Position numbers and translations under genes: made by a program. Positions 12,609-24,373 of a DNA stretch of 64,000 nucleotides are shown here, one piece after another. Origin of the DNA: Mytilus trossulus. Lineage: Eukaryota. The stretch spans positions 33,542,001 to 33,606,000 of the forward strand of contig NC_086384.1 in the NCBI RefSeq assembly GCF_036588685.1, read 5' to 3'. The first letter of the stretch is position 1. Every line of letters starts with the position of its first letter. Under the pieces are notes generated by a model, which saw only the letters and a program-made list of their open reading frames with translations, was not told where the DNA came from and did no database searches.

Positions 12609-15600
12609 ATTGAAAAGCAACAATACGGTTCAGAGTGTTTTAGTATTTACTTTAAATTTATGTGATTTAAAAAACAAAAAATCAGACTGTTTTCTGAAGA
12701 TTCAAGTCAAGGATATTGAATTGATATTTATAAACATCAACATATTTCTGATTTTGAACTTACCATGAACAATGATGAAAGAAGTGACATTTTTATGGTT
12801 TCTTATCTGCATTTTAAATCGGCAATAGATTCAGTGCAAACATTCAACAGTTGATAATATGGCAACTTCATTTAATTTGTGAAAATGTTGCCGTTATGTT
12901 TAAAATAATCACTCACAATTTCCAGCTATCTAGAATGACTGAAGTATATTATTACGATTAGCACAAATGAAACTTGTCATGGTTGTATTTCAATGCAATA
13001 AAGTAAAAACTTTTGTAGTTGATTGTACTCTTTTTTGTAAAACGGTTGTGAATTGGTAACTGTCTTCGACGTTGTGTATCAAATGAAATTAGAATAACAG
13101 ACTTTTTTTTCCAAATATTTTAGATAACAAAGGTTAAAGCAATCACTTGCAATTGACATTGTTGAACAATATGTTGTTGCCTTAATTGCCCTTGTGAAAC
13201 GTTGTATTGTAATTAATAAAAAAAAAAAAAAGAACACAATGAGTTTATCTGACACGATTAATGAGCTGACAAGCCGACATAGTAATTCTCAAATGACAAA
13301 AACACAAATGTGACAAACATTCTTAGACTATTTGTAATTTATTTTTAAAAGTAAAGAAAAGGGATATTAGCAAATTTCAAAATAGGATAAATTGAAAAAA
13401 AATATTATTGTTAAGCACTATGAAATACATTAAGTGTTTTATTATAAAGTAAAGCAGGAAAACACCACTTAAATTCCATTATTGATTACGCATATGTTTC
13501 TTTGTAGTCGAGTTTAAAATGATAATTAATCTGTGTCTTTGGTGGATAATTTACTAATGTCGATATTATCTTAGTTTGGAAAAGTCAATAACTATTTGTT
13601 GTGTGTTGATTATGATCGTATGAGTTAATTTGAAACAGATTATATAATTAAGTTTACGTATTGTCGAAAAAATCTCATGCGTAATCAGCATTCTCAATCT
13701 CCGAAATAATTTGAAATTTGAAAAAATAATATTTTCTTTAATCCTACTAAATATGTCTATATCGACTAACAGTACATGTTTCTTTTTTGACACTTAATAA
13801 CTTGAAAGCTACATAAAAAGAGAGATATAATACTAGGACACATTTTATCCTTGAGGAAATATATCCCCTAATTCTAAAATATTCAATATTGCATTCCGTA
13901 GCTAAACAATCCTGAGTCCTTCAGGTTTTAATTAGTTAACAAAGGTACCAGAATTATAATTTAGTTCGCCAAAAATGGTTAAAATGGTTCTAATTTCAGG
14001 AACTTTTCATTTGAAAATGTCCAAAGCTTTTGTTATCAGTCAACTTGTAATACGTCTTCAGTGACAGAGTTAACATAGATCTTAAAAACTCGTTTCCATT
14101 TAGTTTGTATTCTACTTTCTTATTTAATGTTAATGGTGCAAAAAAAAATGTGTACGTTAATGTTATTAGATTTCTTTCCTATTACGATAAAACAACTTTT
14201 AACCCGTTTGGACGTATTATTTTTGCCTTATTGCAGTTTTCTTCTGATTTGTATATGTGCATGGCTCGTCTGACCCTCTTACCTCTTCCGGTGTTCATAA
14301 AATTTTCATTTTGCCTATGTATTCTTCAACGCGTCACCAACTCAGCTGATATTTCTTCCGGAATGGTTTATAGTATAGATAACCTTTCTGAAATTGTTCG
14401 TTTATAAATCTGTATTAAGGTTATTAGATTCGAACTCACTCAGGCAGACTGAGTGCTTGATTTGGCTATTTTGTTGTATTATACTGCTCGTCACATGTGT
14501 TGGTTCCTTTATATCATTTCCTTTCAAACTCTTCGTTTTGGGCATTCCGGCAATGTAGATAAATACCACAAAAATACTTTTCGGATGCATTACAGTTTAT
14601 CAGTGTCATTTTCATTGTCTATGACTATGTCTTCAAAGATTACATTTTGGTTGTTAGGTTTTCGATGATCGTACGTTTGTTTTGTTTTGAAAAACAGATG
14701 GCATAGATATCTTAATATCTACTATTTTTTCGCATAAAAAAAAAATTACAATTTTCTAAACTGAATAAATTCCTGTTAGTGCTTCACATTCAAAGAAAAT
14801 TACTATTGTCTGATACGTTTAGTAAGCACGTATTAAATATTAAGTAGCAATAACTCGGAAACAGTGACTGAAGCCCATTTTGACAAAATTTGACTTAATT
14901 CAAGAAGATATTCTGATTATTTCAATATTTGAACAGTTTGACGACATATTTGAGTCAACAACAGTTGTGTTCCTATAAATATATCTGACTGACAAGATGA
15001 ATACAGAAAAACAATCAAACACTGGAAATCTAACGAGCGTCAAAAGGCTCGGAGACGGTCGCATAGACAGAGTAAAAGTCTCTTGGTAAACAAGCATCGC
15101 CCGCCATATCTAGATCCACACCAAGTTAAAATATTATAATCAGTAAACGTCCATTATGTATCGATCGAAGTTACTTGCGATGACATGTCGATAGAATGTT
15201 GAGCAACATAAGTATGTAGGTTCCGTATGTATGTAAAATGACAGTCACAGTTCAACAATCAGTCTTTTTCTAATGCATTGTAAATCCGTCACCTTATATC
15301 AAGGTTGATTAAAAAATTTGGATTTATTGCAGTTATCCTAGGGCACAAAGTACATATGTTTGCCACTCAACACTACATTGACAATAAGTTATCAGTTTTT
15401 ATAAACCATAATAAGCAAGAATCATTTAATTTGCAATTACATTTTTTCCCCTTTCTTTATGATTTCACTGGGTTGATTATGTTGTAAGAAAGCTGTTAGT
15501 CCGAGTGGCTATGATTAGCATAGTAGTCAAAGCTTTTCCACTGAGATGATATACAGCATAAATACATTACTGAAACATTGCGCTGATAGAGATAATTAAG

Positions 15601-16559
15601 CAACTAATGTGCAAGCTCCTTTAGTCAATGTTGACCCTAAATATTTTTTTACTATTAGTTTTAATTCCTGTTTTAGTCATACGTCTTCTCAGCCATTGAC
15701 TCAAACTTGGATTCAAATTACATGATTATATATTATGTAGAATTCTGATGCACTAAATGTATGATGCGTTTCATTCCAGTAAGAAGAAATAAAAGTGATC
15801 AATAACTTATAGACACACTTTCAGTTAACACAAAAGAAGGGCGAAATATTTTACATTAAAATACATAGATCAGAAATAAAACTGACAACGCTATGGCTAC
15901 AAAACAAAAAACAGACAAACAATCGTACACAAACACAACATTTAAAAAAACTTAGCTACACGAACCCTACAAAGGACTTGCGGTGATATCGGGTGATATC
16001 ATAATAATATCGACAAACTCTTCCAGACAGAGGTTTTTTCCCTGGACAATTTCCCTGGGTAAAACTCGGATAGGCAGTTTCAATGTGTAACCAGAGCTCC
16101 TAACTCATAATATATCAAATAACTTGATTTAGATGATAAATGCTTTTTACAAACGCGAAGGTACTTGTGGACTGATTAGATCAGCATGTAAGTGTAAATG
16201 TGTTTTCCCTACTCAAGATATAAAATGCATTCAATTTAGGAAATACAAATTTACATTAATTACAGTAATCGATAAAGTGATTTCACGTAAAACATTGTTA
16301 CTCAGAAAGGAAGTTTCAGATTTAAACTAACAGTTCAATCTGTTTTTGTTGTTGTAATGCATTGTGTAAATGCATTTACGGATCATTTTTAGAAAGGTAG
16401 AACTAGGTTTAGGAAAATACAAACGTAACTCTTTAAATCGTCAATACGATTATGTCAACCATTTTCATTAATATATGCTGATTTAGGTAACATAAATTAT
16501 TTCAAATCTGATTCAGGTAAATGCTTAACATGTATTGCTGAAACCTGACCTTTTCAAAA

Positions 16560-16780
16560 TAGTAAAATTAAAAAAAAAATGAACATCAAGAAATAAATTC
16601 AAAGCGGCAAGTCTGTATTCAAATGGCAAAATCAAAAGCTCGAACACATCAAACGAACAGAGAACAACTGTCATATTCCAGATTTGGTACAGACATTTTC
16701 TTATGTATAATATGCCGGATTGAACCTGGTTTTATAGCTAGCTACACTTCTCACTTATATAACAGTCACATTAAATTCAT
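16560..16780 (-). mobile_element. Interspersed repeat, family D (probable Penelope-like 3' end); related copies at ~6555, 19425-19695, 21305, 26870, 34125-34310, 50585-50715
   Basis: Shared core cggaaagtccctaatcaaatggcaaaatcaaa...catcaaacgaatggacaacaactgtcatattcctgacttggtacaggcattt. Confidence 0.65.
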
Positions 16781-16859
16781 ATACGCATGACTGATTTAAT
16801 GAGTTATCTCACTGAACCAAGGTCTATCCCATTTATGGTAATCAAAATATGTTTGTTTT

Positions 16860-17095
16860 GTCTATCTGATGAGTTAAGCCTTTTTCAACTTATTTTCATA
16901 CATAAATAAGGCCGTTAGTTTTCTCGTTTGAATTGTTTTACATTGTCTTATCGGGGCCTTTTATAGCTGATTATATACGTGTTGGGATTTGCTCATTGTT
17001 GAAGGCCGTACGGTAATGTTAATGTGTGGGTCATTTTGGTCTTCTGTGGATAGTTGTCTCATTGGCAATCATAACACATCTTCTTTTTTTATATA
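16860..17095 (+). mobile_element. Interspersed repeat, family A (probable Penelope-like 3' end); related copies at ~6400, 10020-10100, 37775-38070, 43045-43102, 47573-47770, 49655-49935
   Basis: Shared 3' end gttgaaggccgtacgg...gtcattttggtc...agttgtctcattggcaatcataccacatcttctttttt with variable 5' truncation. Confidence 0.7.
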
Positions 17096-18033
17096 AAACG
17101 CTGCCAACATTGATGTTTTTGTGAGCGTATGGTTTTATTGCTCCTAAAATATTTGTTCTTTTTGAATCGTTTTTATTTCGATTTCACTGAATGAAAAATA
17201 TGAGTTCATCGTGATTTTAACAAACTATTTTTTAGTATCTATTCATATTGCATTATATCAGTTGTGTGGTTCTCATTTTTTTTATTTGATGTTGTATGTT
17301 TTTATAATTTTCCTCTGTTTATTTCACATCTGCTATTTTACAATTTGTTCGGATTGGAATATGTTATGTATATGTTTCTGCGAGTGATGGTCAAGTTAAC
17401 GTAGTCAGCCTGTACGAGTATAAAATAAATATATATCATTAGTTCTGATTAGTTCTGTCAGTGTCACATTTAAAAAACAGAATATTTTGTTTCCGAATTG
17501 CCTTAACAAATGTGTCTTAGCAATATTCAGCTGTGTTTTCAATAACTTTTAAATAAGTGTGTCTAAACATATTTGTAATAACTTTAAGTGGTTACAAAGT
17601 TCAAGTAGTGCTCAAACAAACTACATAATATTGTCTTGTACATGTATATTCCTACAAACCACAAATTAAGACTTTTTTCGTAACATATGTTTATTAATAA
17701 GGGATCGCGGTATCTACTTTCTCTTGTATACCCATGTTTCTTAATGATAAGCAGGATATATTTACTGCTTCTCTACAATACAGTGCTTATGATTCACAAG
17801 TGCTATGCTATTTAAACATTATCAGTAAACTATTATTCGATTTGGAACATTTTCAATTCGAAAATTATATTTGAACTTTCCGATCAATCAGATTTTCATA
17901 CTTTCATGCTTATCCTGGGAAATAGTTTTTTGTTAAATGAAAAACAACCGTGAGAAGCTTATATATATCTATACTGCTTCCGCAACCAGCACTTTTTTGT
18001 TCTTATTTTATACCAAAACGATTCACATTGACT

Positions 18034-18079
18034 CCGGAAGGAAAAAAACACTTATTACTTTTCTTTTATAAATCAGTTT
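18034..18079 (+). promoter_or_regulatory. Putative core promoter of GPCR-1 (CCGGAA ETS-like site + TATAAATCAGTTT)
   Basis: The same two motifs lie in the same order upstream of GPCR-2 (23172-23211), while the flanking sequence is otherwise diverged. Confidence 0.45.
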
Positions 18080-18161
18080 CCCACAAATATTATGACGATC
18101 AGGTAAAATTTTATCGAAAGTAAAATTGTTGATTAAAATCGAAATAAATGATATATGCAGC

Positions 18162-19244
18162 ATGAACAAATCAGCAAGACAGTGTTTTACTTGGCTTGAA
18201 GTCGATAATTCAACAACACTACAAAGTTTGAACGACCAGTTTACAGAACGGCATATAGGTGGAATAAGTTTAACTTCGATCCTAATGGTGCTTGGGATAT
18301 TTGGAAATTTTGCAGTTATTTGGATATATACTCAGAGATTCAAGTTATCAAATTACAGAACATACACGATATGGCTGGCCGTAATGGACATTGCAAATTC
18401 GTGCATCGGAATGCCTTTCCTTGTTTACTATATGAGTCATTACTTAACCTTTCCATCTAATGGTTTGTGCAAATTCGGCCGATTCACAATGGTCTTTACA
18501 ACAAACTCATCAGCCTTTCTTTTAGTGGTTATAGCTTTTGATCGATATAGAAAGGTATGTAAACCTTTAAAATGGCAACTTTCCTGCAAAAATATAAAAG
18601 TATGCTGTATTGTTGCCACCTTTTTGGGACTTTTAACTTCTTGGCCATGTTTGGTTTTATATGGAACTTACACCGTTGATACGGTTATTCCTGATGTAAA
18701 AGGACTTCGTTGCTGGACTGATGATGCTTACAAAAATACAGTGTACCCAAAAATTTACTACATAGTGCTCTATATCTTCAATTTCCTAGTTATACCTTTC
18801 CTGTTCATTGCATATGCTCAAATCTTAAGGTTTTTACATACACATGGGACAAGCGGAGTTCGCGTGAAAACCGAAAAAACTACAATAACCCTTTTAGCTG
18901 TTTCGGCAGCTTTCCTCTTGAGTGCTATTCCACATTACAGCCTTGTTGTCATAACTCGAGTTCAAAAGGACTTTAATTGTAACATGACATTTTCTGAAGG
19001 ATTTGCCTATTACACATTTGTCTTCTCCATTTTGCTAAATAATGCCGTAAATCCTTTCATATACGGCTTTTTGGATAGGAAGTTTCAGCGGGAAATGAGA
19101 AGAATATTTAAATCTTGTCGAGAAGATAAAGGAGATGCAGAAAACTGTAGCGTTTCACAGTCGATGGAATTGGATTCAATGGATCCTAGGCATATTCACG
19201 TTATTCCGAAAATGCAGTCTTCAGAAGTTACCCTTAATGATTAA
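18162..19244 (+). CDS. Class A (rhodopsin-like) GPCR, intronless, orphan peptide-receptor-like; paralog 1, 360 aa
   Basis: 7 hydrophobic segments, GN in TM1, LAxxD in TM2, FDRY in TM3, ECL2 Cys (RCW) and NPFIY in TM7. The ATG at 18162 aligns with the paralog starts (MNK). Confidence 0.95.
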   Translation: MNKSARQCFTWLEVDNSTTLQSLNDQFTERHIGGISLTSILMVLGIFGNFAVIWIYTQRFKLSNYRTYTIWLAVMDIANSCIGMPFLVYYMSHYLTFPSNGLCKFGRFTMVFTTNSSAFLLVVIAFDRYRKVCKPLKWQLSCKNIKVCCIVATFLGLLTSWPCLVLYGTYTVDTVIPDVKGLRCWTDDAYKNTVYPKIYYIVLYIFNFLVIPFLFIAYAQILRFLHTHGTSGVRVKTEKTTITLLAVSAAFLLSAIPHYSLVVITRVQKDFNCNMTFSEGFAYYTFVFSILLNNAVNPFIYGFLDRKFQREMRRIFKSCREDKGDAENCSVSQSMELDSMDPRHIHVIPKMQSSEVTLND

Positions 19245-20048
19245 TCTCTACATGAACTATACATGCTATGGCAATAATGTTATAACATGTTTATCAACTA
19301 TCAAATTTAATTCCTTACACTAACAATGCGTCTGTCGAATTAATGTTGTGTTAGTTTATTGTTATTTAACATTTTAGGTAAGTGTGGATCAAGGTGTCAT
19401 TATTGTGAATTTGGACTATGATAAACAGTAAAATTACAAAAATACAAAACTCCGAGAAAAAATCAAAACGGAAAGTCCCTAAGCATGCTAAGCAAATGAC
19501 AAAACAAATCTCAAAACAAATGGATAACACATGTCATATATCTGACTTGGTACAGGCATTTTTTTATGTACAAAGTGATAACTAGTTAAAATTATCACTT
19601 CTATAACAGTCGCATACAAATCTACTACATTGACAACGATGTATAAACATACCTAATAATTAAATTGTCAAAAATAGGGGCACATCAGTCAACATTGTTT
19701 ATTTTATGTAGGTATCATTATGTTTAAATGCAAGTTTTTTTCTTTACATATTATTAAGTTAAAGTTTGGTAAATTTGGATGCAGTTTCGGAAAATAATTT
19801 AAAAGGGGCATTATCTAACACTTAAAATATTCTATTGGTATAGTAGGGCTATGCTTTGTTTTTAAATGAATCATTGAGCAATACAAAGATTCCTTGATGC
19901 AGAAGTTTACAAAAACATGAAAAGCTTGTTGCATTGTGTCAAAACTCTTGCTACATCAATGTATAGCGTTGGATAATACAATGTATAATCAGTTGACAGA
20001 TCTATTTACTTGTTAAAATGTGTGTGGCGAATAAAATTATAAGCCTAC

Positions 20049-20422
20049 TACCTTTGATAACTATTAACACCACTGGGTCGATGCCACTGCTGGTGGACGT
20101 TTCGTCCCTTCGTCCCCGACGGTATGACCAGCCCAGTAATCAGCACTTCGGTGTTGACATGAATATCAATTATAAGGTCAAATTTATAAATTCACTGAGT
20201 GTTTGAAAAAGAAAAAAAAATCGAAATACTAAGGATTTTCTTATTCATGTTATCCCAGGCATACATTACAAAATAGTTGGAATTTTTGGTAAGTAATACG
20301 CTTTTACTTTTTATTTGTTTTGGCTTTCAAACTTTTTTATCTGAGCGTCACTGGTGAGTCTTGTATAGATGAAACGCAGGTCTGACGTATAAAATTATAA
20401 GCCGGGTATCTTTAATAACTAT
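20049..20422 (+). mobile_element. Full monomer of hammerhead-bearing repeat (retrozyme-like, ~358-bp period)
   Basis: Short terminal direct repeat ta(c/t)cttt(g/a)ataactat at 20049 and 20407. Degenerate hammerhead at 20345-20388 (CUGGUGA...GAAAC gcag GUC). Confidence 0.75.
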
Positions 20423-22174
20423 ATTTGTACCTTCTTTAGTTTTATGAAACTGACTTTTTACCATTCAAATTCTAAGAAACATTTGAGTGTTCACTCTTCG
20501 ACTGAACAAACAAAATATTTTGTGTGAAGTGCCATACCTCTTTTTTTTTAAAGTATAACAATTGAATACAGATATTAAATGTTTATTTCCGTTTTTTTAA
20601 ATAATAAGATAAACATTTTATGCTAATTCATAGAACAAATACATGAAATATGTGACGAAAATAACAAAAGAATGTGACATGTACCAACACAAATAATTTG
20701 TAAATATATATATATCGATTTAAAAACTATAAGTATTTGTCTAAAAATAGCAAAGTACAACAAAAATATTATTGTTTGATTTTATTTTGATTAAAATTCA
20801 ACGAAAAATTTAAACGAGAACAATTTAACAATACACCCACTAGAGAAAGACAATAATGAAAATAAGTAGATACAACTATCCACAATAGTGGTAGTTCACA
20901 AAGTTAGGTGATGAAGTAATAAAATTTTCAAAATACTAAGATAATGTGAATCACATGATAGACAAAGTCTTTTTAAGAGTATGTCAATCTTTTTTCTATA
21001 AATTCGGAATATGAAACCTCAATGTATGTAAATAAAGGTTCCAATAATATTCTGTATTTTCTAAAATGAACGAATCAATGAACATACACAATAAGTAATG
21101 TTTATGTCTCATCGTTTTTCAATCCTGTATTGTCTGCAATTTTACATTTGTCTACTCGTGGTTCATCTGCAAAATTTTGTGTTGCTTTGTTTTATGTGTA
21201 ATTACTGTTTTGTCTTACATGATTTGTTCGTATCTGTTTAGTTATTTTACTGTATCTTTTTATATGTATGTAAATAATAAGATAGAAATTTAGTTATTGC
21301 TTATAGAAAAAATACCAAACTCCAACGAAAATTTATAACGGAAAGTCCTTTATCAAATAACATTTTATTTTTCTCTTGGATATTTTTTCAATTTTACCTG
21401 GGGAAAGATGGTATACAAGGTTTACGTAAATTCTTTTCTTTCGACACGATAATTATTATGGGAAAGGCACCGAATACGAATAAGGTGACGGCGAATTAAA
21501 GTAATCAAATAGCTGAACAATTCTAAAGATCCGGATAAAGCATGGATATCTTTTGAAAACAAGTCCTTTTACACGTTATTTATTTATACAAATATTTCAT
21601 TCAAGAATATGATAAACAGGTAATATTTTTGTAAAATATGACTTTAATGTCCAATTAAAAATAAATATTACGTAAGCTCGCATATTAAGGCTGCGAACAG
21701 TAAAACAAAGTATATGACTTTGACCTGACTCTGAATACGAATAAGAATAACAGTTAAAATAAAGAGGCGATTTATCAAACAACAACAACAATTTCTTTAT
21801 GTTAATGACGTGAATGCTTGGAAAGCTTAATAATGACATTATATAAATAACACATAGATGACAGGATGATAGAGCGAAGCTAAACGTCCTATCAATATTG
21901 TCTTTCACAGATGCATTTTTTTTTTAATTATATGACGTCACGTACATAACAACGTTACATGTATTAGCAAAAAAAACAAAAGTGAAGAAATATGTTTTAT
22001 TTTTATATTTTGACAAATAACAGAATATGAGACAAAAACGTAAAACGTAATCCCGGTCTTTAATAACTTGATGTAAAATCAATTCATTGTCCCTTAAGGT
22101 ATCGATTTTTGATTGGTTTGGACCAGAGAGTGACATTCAAATAAATTGTCACTCGCTCAGCCATGTGATAGAGT

Positions 22175-22298
22175 AAGTTATTTAGCCCTTTCGACTTTTT
22201 TTGGATTCGAGCGTCACTGCTGAGTCTTTTGTAGACGAAACGCACTCCTGGCGTATATACAAAATTTAGTCCTGGTATCTATGATGCGTTTCTTTAAC
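22175..22298 (+). mobile_element. Partial hammerhead-bearing repeat (degenerate ribozyme 22211-22254)
   Basis: gcgtca ctgctga gtct tttgt agac gaaac gcac tcc tggcgt. Confidence 0.75.
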
Positions 22299-23290
22299 AC
22301 TCTCATTATATCCAATAAAAATATGGCATTTTAACGTGAAGTATAATATTAGAATATACAAAAGTCATGCATATTTAAAACAAAATAACATGTTAAACGA
22401 AAACCAATACAGGTTTTTTTTGTTCTGATCGGAAATGTAACTGTTTTTGTTAACCTGGACGCTGACAGTTTGGTAATTGTACATTATATTTTTAAATGCA
22501 TTCAATATATTTAATAAATATAAATATGATTTTTTCGATTTGAATTCACTTTTATCATAAGTTTCCTGGACGCTTTTTAGATAGAATAATAATCTTACAA
22601 GTACATTCATTTTATTTTATACAATACTTATTATAAATTCCTGTTTCTGAAGGTTTTGAATGGCAATCAAACATTTGTGTTAAAATATTACTTTTTATAT
22701 ATTACACTTTGCCAACATTTCATTTTTGTAGGGGCGCTTTGGTTCGTTACTATGTGTATGTATCTTAATTATGGATATCAGTGGCGGAGCGGTCTGTCAA
22801 ATTACTTTCAATGGTAGATAGGTTTTCCTAAAAGCAGACAAGAAATATAAAGAAATCTTCACATAAAACATAGTGGTAACATTATCATTGTTCCTGAATG
22901 TTACTACATTGTACTATGTCAACATTCGATATGGCATGTTCTCAATATGTAAATAATATTTGAGCTCAGCAAAACCTATCAGACTTTGCTTATATTCATT
23001 AATTTTGTTTTATATTTCTTTGATATGCCCAAAACGGATAAAAGTGCTTCATATAACACACACACACACACATTTTTAGGCGCTGATATAATTAACTTAT
23101 ATTGCAGAATGTTTCCGTAACCGACATCATTGTTTTCTGATTTAATTACTAATATATGCATTACATAAATTCCGGAAAGAGGAAATCATTGATTTTGATA
23201 TAAATCAGTTTGTAACTACAAATATAAAAGCGATTCCTTCAAATTAATAGTGTCTGGAAAATATTTAAAAGATACATATATAAATCAAGC

Positions 23291-24373
23291 ATGAATAAGT
23301 CGGATAAACAATGTTTTACTTGGCTTCAAGGGAATAACTTAACATCTCTTCAAGATTTTAATGACCAGTTCACAGAACGACATATCGGTGGAATACTTTT
23401 TACTTCAGTCTTAATGGTGCTTGGGATAATTGGAAATTTTGCAGTTCTTTGGATATATTCTCAAAGATTTAAGATATCTAATTACAGAACATATACTATA
23501 TGGCTTGCAATCATGGACATTGCAAACTCTTTTATCGGAATGCCTTTTCTAGTTTTCTACATGAGTCATTATATAACATTTCCATCTAATGGTTTGTGCA
23601 AATTCGGCCGATTCACAATGGTCTTTACAACAAACTCCTCAGCTTATATTTTGGTTGTCATAGCTTTTGATCGATACAGAAAAGTGTGCAAGCCTTTAAA
23701 AAGGCAACTTACATCAACAGATACAACATTATGTTGCTTAACTGCCACTGTTTTAGGACTGTTGACATCTTGGCCATGCTTGATTATATATGGGATTTAC
23801 ACTGATGATACGGAGATTCCTGGGGTGAAACAAATTCGGTGTTGGACAGATGACGACTACAAAAGTACTGTTTATCCTAAAATTTACTACATTGCTCTCT
23901 ATATCGTCAATTTTCTAGTTTTACCTTTCTTGTTTATCGTTTACGTACAGATCTTACGTTTTTTACATACACACGGAAAAAGCGGCGTTCGCATGAAAAC
24001 GAAAAAGACAACAATAACCCTTTTAGCTGTGTCCGTTGCTTTCTTGTTGAGTGCTATTCCACATTACAGCTTGGTAGTAACAACTCGGTTTCAAGAGGAC
24101 CTCAACTGTAAAATGACTTTTGCCGAAGGGTTTTTCTACTACACATTTGTGTTTTCTATTTTGCTGAATAATTCCGTAAATCCTTTGATATACGGCTGGT
24201 TGGATACAAAATTTAAGCGTGAAATAAGGAACATGTTTCAAATATGCCGAAAAGATAACAAAGATTCAACAAGCCGTATAGAAACTCAGTCAATGGAATT
24301 AGATATAAGGGATCCTGTGCCGATTTACGTCACTGAACATGCGCTGTCTTCAGAAACAAACTTCAATGATTAA
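23291..24373 (+). CDS. Class A GPCR, intronless; paralog 2, 360 aa
   Basis: 7TM with FDRY and NPLIY; colinear with and highly similar to paralog 1. Confidence 0.95.
   Translation: MNKSDKQCFTWLQGNNLTSLQDFNDQFTERHIGGILFTSVLMVLGIIGNFAVLWIYSQRFKISNYRTYTIWLAIMDIANSFIGMPFLVFYMSHYITFPSNGLCKFGRFTMVFTTNSSAYILVVIAFDRYRKVCKPLKRQLTSTDTTLCCLTATVLGLLTSWPCLIIYGIYTDDTEIPGVKQIRCWTDDDYKSTVYPKIYYIALYIVNFLVLPFLFIVYVQILRFLHTHGKSGVRMKTKKTTITLLAVSVAFLLSAIPHYSLVVTTRFQEDLNCKMTFAEGFFYYTFVFSILLNNSVNPLIYGWLDTKFKREIRNMFQICRKDNKDSTSRIETQSMELDIRDPVPIYVTEHALSSETNFND

Noticed and set aside
16866-16890. CTGATGAG as an additional hammerhead (also at ~10555)
   Set aside because: No properly placed GAAA box or stems I and III.
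18126-18161. TTG-initiated N-terminal extension of GPCR-1 in the ORF track
   Set aside because: This is a eukaryotic gene, and both paralogs start at the MNK-equivalent ATG (18162).
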